Assembly (NCBI GenBank): GCA_041498975.1
Contig: JBGQJI010000059.1
Span: 1-13,894 of the forward strand
DNA from: Candidatus Methylomirabilis sp.
Lineage (GTDB): Bacteria; Methylomirabilota; Methylomirabilia; Methylomirabilales; Methylomirabilaceae
Length of the DNA stretch: 13,894 nt
Direction of reading: 5' to 3'
In this document: piece by piece, positions 7,993 to 13,894 of the stretch
Layout: the number at the start of each line of letters is the position of its first letter
Position numbering within the stretch: position 1 is the first letter of the stretch
The notes under the pieces: generated by a model
Seen by the model: only the letters and a program-made list of their open reading frames with translations
Told to the model about the DNA's origin: nothing
Database searches by the model: none
Program-made: the position numbers and the translations under genes

Positions 7993-8027
7993 AAGCCCTT
8001 CGGGCGTGCTGCTTTCCCGAAGGGCTT
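7993..8027. terminator. Strong hairpin, probable intrinsic terminator (direction ambiguous)
   Basis: Perfect 12-bp stem AAGCCCTTCGGG (7993-8004) / CCCGAAGGGCTT (8016-8027) with an 11-nt loop. Followed by CTTTCTCT on + and TGTGTCT on -. Confidence 0.6.
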
Positions 8028-8123
8028 CTTTCTCTGAACCTTCCGATACTGCCTGTCCTCAGGGCTTCCATCACCCCGGCATCGCCGATCCCTCGGCGCA
8101 GCGCATAAGACCTGGATAGCTCG

Positions 8124-8153
8124 CTTCTACTCCGCCGGTCCTGCGCTTGTCAA
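8124..8153 (-). promoter_or_regulatory. Candidate sigma-70 promoter pointing toward the PhaE-like gene
   Basis: TTGACA (8153-8148), 18-bp spacer, TAGAAG (8129-8124; imperfect -10). Confidence 0.35.
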
Positions 8154-8638
8154 GCGAAATCGCCTGCCGGGTAGTGTCCTAATTTCAGCTAAGCTGAAAG
8201 CAGGTTCTCAGGTAGTCAGAAGCAATCTGCGACCTTCCACTCGCCATTGAGTGTGTCCGTCCCACTCCCGTGCTATACGGATTGCATGAAAAAGGCATCC
8301 AATAGCCACGCTTCAGCCGAGGCTCAATGTCGACTGCAACCATGCCACACGCCATCGCCTGCATGCGGTAGTGAGCTGGACTCTACCGATTCATCGCCCA
8401 GACGACGTCGAACAACAGGGGCTTGACGGGCCACTTTTCCCGAAACAACCTTTGCCACCTGTGGTACAGGACGTGGTCTACCATTGGTAGCGAGAGATAG
8501 CGGCAGGATCGACTTCAAGCCGATCCCTGGCACGGATCTCCAAATAGAGGTGGACCTGGTCCTCCTCGCGATGGGGTTCCTGGGCCCGGAGCGGAACGGG
8601 ATGCTCAGCCAGCTCGGCGTGAAGCTGACCGACCGTGG

Positions 8639-8772
8639 GGTAGTGGGTCAGTTTGAACCTTGCGAGCCAATACGCGACAGGAGTTCAGATTCTTCGCTCC
8701 ACTCAGAATGACACTAGCGAGACCTGTCATCCTGAACGAAGTGAAGGATCTCTGGCAAACTGACCCACTACC
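8639..8772. mobile_element. 134-bp MITE (non-autonomous IS derivative; ends resemble the IS1 family)
   Basis: Perfect 17-bp TIRs GGTAGTGGGTCAGTTTG (8639-8655) / CAAACTGACCCACTACC (8756-8772). 8-bp TSD GACCGTGG at 8631-8638 and 8773-8780. Excision restores the GltD frame (LTDRGNV). Confidence 0.93.
8687..8751. repeat. REP-like palindrome inside the MITE
   Basis: AGATTCTTCGCTCCACTCAGAATGACA (8687-8713) and TGTCATCCTGAACGAAGTGAAGGATCT (8725-8751) are inverted arms, 21/27 complementary, with an 11-nt spacer. Confidence 0.8.
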
Positions 8773-8902
8773 GACCGTGGCAATGTCTGGCGCGACGAGC
8801 ACTGGATGACCAGCGTTCCGGGCGTTCACCGCCGGCGATATGCAGCGCGGCCAATCGCTGATCGGGTGGGCCATCGCCGAAGGCCGCAGCGCCGCCCGCG
8901 GC

Positions 8903-8956
8903 TAGGTTGTCATTGCGAGCGACTGAAAGGAGCGTGGCAATCTCGTAGCGTTTGAG
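8903..8956. repeat. 54-bp insertion with a REP/RPE-like palindromic unit (GTCATTGCGAG...GCAATCT)
   Basis: Interrupts GltD between ...AARG and LDHYLMG. Contains TGTCATTGCGAGCGACTGAAAGGAGCGTGGCAATCTC with ATTGC/GCAAT arms. Confidence 0.75.
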
Positions 8957-9132
8957 CTCGACCATTACCTCATGGGCCGCTCCGACCTCCCCGCCCCCCT
9001 CCCCTAAACACAACAGGGGACGTATATCCCGCTTTGAATTCCTCTTTAACTCGTTCTCCCAGCCACTGAAAAGCTAAGAAGTGCTCAATAACGCTTCGCA
9101 GATTTGAAAATTCCGGCCATTCTCATTTTTCT

Positions 9133-9162
9133 CTTGACGCATCAAGTGAAGCATCAGATGAT
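9133..9162 (+). promoter_or_regulatory. Candidate promoter with tandem operator boxes upstream of HTH-hsdM
   Basis: TTGACG 9134-9139, 17 bp, GATGAT 9157-9162. Overlapping boxes TGACGCATCA (9135-9144) and TGAAGCATCA (9147-9156), each TGA-N4-TCA; the first extends to CTTGA-N4-TCAAG (9133-9146). Confidence 0.55.
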
Positions 9163-9169
9163 ATAGGCC

Positions 9170-11080
9170 ATGAAGCGAGACTTCAATATTTCCAGCCTCA
9201 TAAGCGACATGCGCCAGCGCTTAGGGATTAGTCAGGAAAAACTGGCCGCTCAACTCCGGGTGTCACTCCCGACGATCAACCGATGGGAGAAGGGCAGGAC
9301 GAGGCCGGATGCCATGGCTTTGCATGTCATCGAGCAGTATCTCCAGCGGCTTGGCCCTCAGTATAGCGACCTGCTCCAGCGTTATTTCGGCGACGAAGTC
9401 GCCCCCCTCCCTGGAATCGACCTCCCCTCTCCTCCGCCTCGCAAGCGCCCGAAGCGCAAGAACGAGGCCAGCGAAGCAAATCTCGGCCGCCCGAGGAGCG
9501 CAGCAATGAGTCCTGGCCTCGACACGAAATCCATGGAAGGTCTTCTCTGGAAGGCGGCCTGTTCCATCCGTGGTGAGAAGGATGCGCCGAAATTCAAAGA
9601 CTACATCCTGCCGCTGGTATTTATCAAGCGACTCTCTGATGTTTTCGAGGACGAAGTGATCCGACTGACCGAAACCTACGGGGACCAGGAGACAGCCCGC
9701 ACGGTGCTGGACGCGGACCCCAGCCTGGTTCGCTTTTACATCCCACCGGAGGCCACGTGGCCTGTGGTCAGTGGCCGGCAGAAGTTCGATTGGCCCGAAG
9801 GCAAGAGACCCAAGACCCTGGGTGAGCAGCTCACGATGACCGTCCGCGCGATCACCCGCGCGAACCCCTCCCTCCAGGGCGTCATCGACATCGTAGACTA
9901 TAACGAGACCCGCAACGGCGAGCGAGAGATCAGCGAGGAAGCGCTGTCCCGCCTCATCGAGCTTCTGAGTGACCAGCGCTATCGCATGGGGCTTCACGAT
10001 GTCGAACCCGACTTCCTCGGGCGCGCGTACGAGTACCTGTTGCGCAAGTTCGCCGAGGGCCAGGGGCAGAGTGCGGGTGAGTTCTTCACTCCGAAAGAGG
10101 TTGGGTGGCTCATGGCCTATCTCATGAGGCCGAAACAAGGGGAAGAGGTGTACGACCCGTGCTGCGGGTCCGGCGGACTCCTGATCAAATGCCAGCTCGC
10201 GCTCAAGGCGCAAGAGGAAGAGATCGCCAGGCCCCTCAGACTGTACGGCCAGGAATTGACCGGGTCGTCCTTCGCCATCGCCCGGATGAACACGGTTCTC
10301 CACGACATGGAAGGAGAGATCGTTCGTGGCAACTCGATGACCAACCCGAAGTTTCTTGATGGATCGAACCTCAGGCGCTTCGACATCGTGGTCACGAACC
10401 CGATGTGGAACCAGGACAATTTCGATCCAACCTCGTATGAAAACGATCCCTTCGAGCGTTTCGTGGAGCGCGGCGGGTTCGCCCCGGCCTCGAGCGCCGA
10501 CTGGGGGTGGCTTCAGCATGTCCATGCCTCCCTCAATGACTCTGGCCGTGCGGCGGTGGTCATTGACACCGGGGCCGCGAGCCGGGGCAGCGGAAGTCAA
10601 AGCGAGAATAGAGAAAAAACCATCCGCCGCTGGTTTGTGGACCGCGACGTGATCGAGGGCGTCATCCTCCTCCCGGAAAATCTCTTCTACAACACCACAG
10701 CGGCCGGCATCATCATCCTTCTCAACCGCTGCAAATCCAAAGACCGGCAGGGCCGCATGGTTCTGATCAACGCCAGTGGCGAATTCGAGAAAGGCCGCCC
10801 GAAAAACTTCATTCCCGATGCGTCCATCAAGAAGATCGCCGAAGGGTTCCACGCGGGCAAGGACGTGGAACGCTTCGTCGAGGTCGCCAGCATCGAAGAG
10901 ATCGCGCAGAACGACTACAACCTTTCGCCCTCGCGGTACATCGAAACAGCCGCGGCGGCGCAGCACCGCGACGTTCAGACTATCCTGGATGATCTGTCGA
11001 AGCTGGAGGCGGAATCGAAACAATTGGATGGTGACCTGAAGGAGATCTTTACCGGACTTGGCTATCAGTGGCGCAGCTAG
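9170..11080 (+). CDS. hsdM: Type I R-M methyltransferase subunit with an N-terminal XRE/Cro HTH domain
   Basis: 636 aa. About residues 10-60 form an HTH (MRQRLGISQEKLAAQLRVSLPTINRWEKG), then a Pro/basic linker, HsdM_N (LLWKAACSIRG..KDYILPLVFIKRLSD), DFLGRAYEYLLRKFA, GEFFTPKEV, motif I YDPCCGSGG, YGQE, motif IV NPMW, LPENLFYNT and NDYNLSPSRYI. Confidence 0.95.
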   Translation: MKRDFNISSLISDMRQRLGISQEKLAAQLRVSLPTINRWEKGRTRPDAMALHVIEQYLQRLGPQYSDLLQRYFGDEVAPLPGIDLPSPPPRKRPKRKNEASEANLGRPRSAAMSPGLDTKSMEGLLWKAACSIRGEKDAPKFKDYILPLVFIKRLSDVFEDEVIRLTETYGDQETARTVLDADPSLVRFYIPPEATWPVVSGRQKFDWPEGKRPKTLGEQLTMTVRAITRANPSLQGVIDIVDYNETRNGEREISEEALSRLIELLSDQRYRMGLHDVEPDFLGRAYEYLLRKFAEGQGQSAGEFFTPKEVGWLMAYLMRPKQGEEVYDPCCGSGGLLIKCQLALKAQEEEIARPLRLYGQELTGSSFAIARMNTVLHDMEGEIVRGNSMTNPKFLDGSNLRRFDIVVTNPMWNQDNFDPTSYENDPFERFVERGGFAPASSADWGWLQHVHASLNDSGRAAVVIDTGAASRGSGSQSENREKTIRRWFVDRDVIEGVILLPENLFYNTTAAGIIILLNRCKSKDRQGRMVLINASGEFEKGRPKNFIPDASIKKIAEGFHAGKDVERFVEVASIEEIAQNDYNLSPSRYIETAAAAQHRDVQTILDDLSKLEAESKQLDGDLKEIFTGLGYQWRS

Positions 11081-11094
11081 AAAGCCCGCGGAGT

Positions 11095-11146
11095 GGTGGT
11101 CACGGTCTGTGACCACCTTTAAGGTCACAATTTGCGACCTTAAAGG
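11095..11146. promoter_or_regulatory. Two tandem palindromes with core GGTCRC-N5-GYGACC upstream of the ORF6N gene
   Basis: A: GGTGGTCAC-ggtct-GTGACCACC (11095-11117). B: CCTTTAAGGTCACAA-t-TTGCGACCTTAAAGG (11116-11146, one mismatch). Centres are 25 bp apart. A regulatory role is inferred. Confidence 0.65.
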
Positions 11147-11160
11147 GAAGGGGTAGTAGC

Positions 11161-11679
11161 ATGGAGAGCCTAGTTCCATTAGAGCGCATCGAGACGAGAA
11201 TCATCGTGTTCCGTGGCCACAAAGTCATGCTCGACAGCGATCTGGCTGATCTTTATGGTGTTTCTACCAAACGACTAAACGAGCAGGTTCGGAGAAATAT
11301 CAAGCGATTTCCAGCCGATTTCATGATCCAGTTAACGGATGAGGAGGCCAATGCTTTAAGGTCGCAAATTGCGACCTTAAAGCCGGGTCGCGGCAAGCAC
11401 CGTAAGTATTTGCCGTATGCGTTTACCGAGCAGGGTGTGGCCATGCTCTCGAGTGTCCTAAACAGTGAACGGGCCATTCAGGTCAACATCGAGATCATGC
11501 GGGCGTTTGTCCGGCTTCGAGCAATGGCACTCTCTTACAAGGAGCTTGCCCGAAAGGTGGACGCGATGGAAAAGAAGTATGACTCACGGTTCAAAGTGGT
11601 CTTCGACGCCATCCGCAAGCTCATGGAGCCGGTTGAGCGACCGAGAGCGCGGGTTGGGTTCCGGGCCGAGAGAGCGTGA
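11161..11679 (+). CDS. ORF6N-domain (KilA-N-related) DNA-binding protein
   Basis: 172 aa with IIVFRGHKVMLDSDLADLYGVSTKRLNEQVRRNIKRFPADFMIQLT, LPYAFTEQGVAMLSSVLNSERAIQVNIEIMRAFV and C-terminal VGF. Its stop overlaps the hsdS GTG (GTGA). Confidence 0.92.
   Translation: MESLVPLERIETRIIVFRGHKVMLDSDLADLYGVSTKRLNEQVRRNIKRFPADFMIQLTDEEANALRSQIATLKPGRGKHRKYLPYAFTEQGVAMLSSVLNSERAIQVNIEIMRAFVRLRAMALSYKELARKVDAMEKKYDSRFKVVFDAIRKLMEPVERPRARVGFRAERA
11353..11383. repeat. Perfect 31-bp palindrome inside the ORF6N coding sequence
   Basis: GCTTTAAGGTCGCAA-a-TTGCGACCTTAAAGC, encoding A65-L-R-S-Q-I-A-T-L-K74. 27/29 identical to 11117-11145. Confidence 0.95.
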
Positions 11680-12956
11680 ACATGGCTGGGCTCATCGAAA
11701 CAAGAATTGGGCCGTTACCCAAAGAATGGGAACTTGTCCAACTCCGCGACACCTGTCTGGATTTCTTCGGCGGAGGCACACCATCAACTAAGACCCCCGA
11801 GTTTTGGGACGGCAATGTAGCTTGGACAACCAGCGCCCATTTGGATGGGCTCTATCTAACAACCGGGCAGCGACGCATAACCGAGGTTGGGCTTGAACAT
11901 AGCGCATGCCGCGTGGTCCCTGCCGGAAACCTTTTGATCGGCACTCGCGTCGGGGTTGGGAAGACCTCCGTCAATCTTATTGATATTGCGATAAGCCAAG
12001 ATCTCACCGGGGCGATCATAGATAAGGAACGTTTTCTTCCGGAGTATCTGGCCCTCTATCTCCAGACAGCTTGCTGTCAATCAGTCTTCGCTCTCCAGAA
12101 ACGTGGAGCTACGATCAAAGGCATTCCTCGGGAGGACCTCCATCGTATCGAAATCGCCGCCCCCCCTCTGCCTGAACAACGCGCCATAGCCGGGATCCTA
12201 TCAAAGTTCCTCGCGGCAGTAGAGCTGCAGCACAGGATCGTGGCCACGCTGAAGGAACTGAAGGCCGCGACGATGGCCAAGCTCTTCCGCGAGGGTCTCC
12301 GCGGTGAACCCCTCAAACAAACCGAAATCGGCGAGATCCCCAAGGGCTGGGCGATCCTGCGACTTGACCAAGTCGCTACTATCGAGCGCGGCAAGTTTAC
12401 ACACCGCCCTCGGAATGACCCCCGATTCTATGGAGGCACAATCCCGTTCATTCAAACCGGTGACGTCGCGAAATGCAATGGACGAATTCGCACTTACACT
12501 CAAACGCTCAACGACGACGGCCTGGCGATCAGTCGGCTGTTCCCCAGGGGAACTATTGTCCTCACGATCGCGGCAAATATTGCTGACACCGGGATCTTGG
12601 AGTTCGATAGTGCCTTTCCCGACAGCCTCGTTGGAATCACCCCCGACGACACCATGGACACGGTTTTCTTGCAATACTACTTGCGAACTCAAAAGACAGA
12701 AATGGACCGGTTGGCACCAAAAGGTACTCAGAAAAATATCAACATCCAGTTTTTGAAACCGTGGCCGACTCCACGCCCCAGGATCGATGAACAGAGAGAG
12801 ATCGCGCAGAGCCTGCGCTCCTTTGATGACCGTCTGGAAGTCGCATCAGCAAAGCACCACACCTTCAAGTCTCTCTTCTCCTCGATGCTCCATCTGCTCA
12901 TGACCGGCCAGGTTCGAATCAATCGTGTGAAACCTGGAGAGGAAAGACATGGCTAG
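11676..12956 (+). CDS. hsdS: Type I R-M specificity subunit (two TRDs)
   Basis: 426 aa with two repeated halves: IGPLPKEW..GGGTPS...PPLPEQRAIAGIL and TEIGEIPKGW...PRIDEQREIAQSL, ending SMLHLLMTGQVRI. Start is GTG 11676 or ATG 11682. Confidence 0.95.
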   Translation: MNMAGLIETRIGPLPKEWELVQLRDTCLDFFGGGTPSTKTPEFWDGNVAWTTSAHLDGLYLTTGQRRITEVGLEHSACRVVPAGNLLIGTRVGVGKTSVNLIDIAISQDLTGAIIDKERFLPEYLALYLQTACCQSVFALQKRGATIKGIPREDLHRIEIAAPPLPEQRAIAGILSKFLAAVELQHRIVATLKELKAATMAKLFREGLRGEPLKQTEIGEIPKGWAILRLDQVATIERGKFTHRPRNDPRFYGGTIPFIQTGDVAKCNGRIRTYTQTLNDDGLAISRLFPRGTIVLTIAANIADTGILEFDSAFPDSLVGITPDDTMDTVFLQYYLRTQKTEMDRLAPKGTQKNINIQFLKPWPTPRPRIDEQREIAQSLRSFDDRLEVASAKHHTFKSLFSSMLHLLMTGQVRINRVKPGEERHG

Positions 12957-13113
12957 CGGCACGAAGCAACCCGCAACTGACAAACGCTCCAACCTTTCCC
13001 TGACTGACCGCATTCAACTTGAAGTTATCCCATTGGTGGTTAAACATGCGCGGCGACTTCCTATGAGTGTGATGCCACGGCCACTAGCTGGTGTGTTCGG
13101 AGCAGTGACATAG
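12949..13113 (+). CDS. 54-aa ORF, possibly the truncated 5' remnant of a gene once coupled to hsdS
   Basis: ATG 12949 overlaps the hsdS end and is preceded by GGAGAGG. MASGTKQPATDKRSNLSLTDRIQLEVIPLVVKHARRLPMSVMPRPLAGVFGAVT*; no recognised domain. Confidence 0.3.
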   Translation: MASGTKQPATDKRSNLSLTDRIQLEVIPLVVKHARRLPMSVMPRPLAGVFGAVT

Positions 13114-13342
13114 CACCCCGGGTAGGCTGCCGGCTGATATCAGGATAGGCTGCGAAGCATGCAGTGTTTGACGGAGTGATGGGTTTGGCAAAGTCTCGCC
13201 ATGTGATTGATATTGTGGTTGACCATGCTCACTGTGGATTAACCGGCTTGACGAGATATGCTGCTTTGCGTTGTTGCAATAGATCTAAATGGGCCGCTCT
13301 CTAAATGCCGCCGTTTCAGTAGGGGCGATTGGAGGTGAAGCA

Positions 13343-13894
13343 ATGAAGTTAAAGGAAGTGCAGGTTCGGAATTTTCGAAACATCCTCGATTCAACTCCGG
13401 TTCACATTCAGCCGGATGTAACCTGCCTGGTTGGGAAAAACGAAGCTGGAAAGACGGCGTTACTTCACGCCTTATATCGGCTCCATCCCGCACGAGCTAA
13501 CGTCAAATTTTCTGTTCCCGATCATTATCCGGCCTGGCTGGAAAAGAGGGATCGGCTGGAAGGCAAAGACCTCGAAAAGTTTGTCCCGACACGGGCTATC
13601 TTTGAGCTAGAACCTACCGATGTCGCGCCCTTCGAAGCCAAGTTCGGACCAAATGTATTAAAGGGCACCACGCTTTCCCTTGAGCGCAACTACGAAGGCA
13701 CGCTTTCCTGCGACCTCAATGCGGACGAACAAACTGCGGTTCGGAACTGCGTGTCGGGTCTAAAGCTCCTTAAAAAGTTCTCAGACCAAGCGAAGGGTCT
13801 AAAAACGTTCCAAGATCTCAAAGCGTATGCCCAAGAGCTAGCCACAAGAAAGGCCGAGGACGAAGAGAGCGGGAAGGTATCGGAAGGTATTTCC
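13343..13894 (+). CDS. ABC/SMC-like ATPase (AAA_15 / OLD-family ATP-dependent nuclease N-terminus), runs off the window
   Basis: Not in the ORF track because it has no stop. SD GGAGGT at 13331-13336. MKLKEVQVRNFRNILDSTPVHIQPDVTCLVGKNEAGKTALLHALYRL... with Walker A GKNEAGKT; open for 184 codons to the window end. Confidence 0.9.
   Translation, partial: MKLKEVQVRNFRNILDSTPVHIQPDVTCLVGKNEAGKTALLHALYRLHPARANVKFSVPDHYPAWLEKRDRLEGKDLEKFVPTRAIFELEPTDVAPFEAKFGPNVLKGTTLSLERNYEGTLSCDLNADEQTAVRNCVSGLKLLKKFSDQAKGLKTFQDLKAYAQELATRKAEDEESGKVSEGIS

Larger units (their letters stand above)
8490..9007 (+). pseudogene. gltD: 3' remnant of glutamate synthase small subunit gene, interrupted twice and frameshifted
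   Basis: Removing 8639-8780 and 8903-8956 and correcting a 2-nt loss at about 8824 gives [60 protein letters not shown](V)[42 protein letters not shown] (TAA 9005-9007), the GltD C-terminus. The 5' boundary is approximate. Confidence 0.9.

Noticed and set aside
8075..8112. Resemblance to a SAM-I riboswitch (TTAT...GAGGGA..GGC..GATG on the minus strand)
   Set aside because: The conserved AUC(A/C)AGAG, GCAACC and closing GAU elements are missing.
8367..8387. GGACTCTACC as the partner TIR of 8170
   Set aside because: Only 9/10 terminal matches and no target-site duplication in the flanks.
8287..8427. 46-codon plus-strand ORF MKKASNSHAS...
   Set aside because: No SD, no recognisable domain, and it lies in decayed DNA.
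9263..11179. 638-aa minus-strand ORF
   Set aside because: Codon-aligned antisense shadow of hsdM with no domain motifs.
11676..12956. Phase-variable or shufflon-type hsdS
   Set aside because: No simple-sequence tract, second hsdS copy or recombinase is seen in the window.
13233..13241. DnaA-box-like TGTGGATTA
   Set aside because: A single site with one mismatch, expected by chance.

Overview
GC-rich bacterial chromosomal window spanning the dnaA locus and a probable replication origin, followed by the left part of a defence island. Left of a DnaA-box cluster (about 2916-3123), minus-strand genes encode a glutaredoxin-like protein, a GSA-aminomutase-like class III aminotransferase and an ECF sigma factor (partial). 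On the plus strand, dnaA is followed not by dnaN but by an MBL-fold hydrolase, an HpnA-like epimerase/reductase and a PaaI thioesterase, with a convergent PhaE/PhaR-like gene. Degenerate 7-bp tandem arrays start right after three TAG stop codons. A decayed gltD 3' remnant carries a 134-bp MITE (17-bp TIRs, 8-bp TSD), a second 54-bp palindromic insertion and a frameshift. Next is a type I R-M locus: an XRE-HTH-HsdM fusion with candidate operators and an internal in-frame start, an ORF6N gene, hsdS, and the 5' part of an OLD/AAA_15-type ATPase. No hsdR is present in the window. The most striking unexplained signal is a perfect 31-bp palindrome inside the ORF6N coding sequence whose core (GGTCRC-N5-GYGACC) recurs twice in tandem just upstream of the same gene. 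All calls are from motif recognition by eye; no database search was run.
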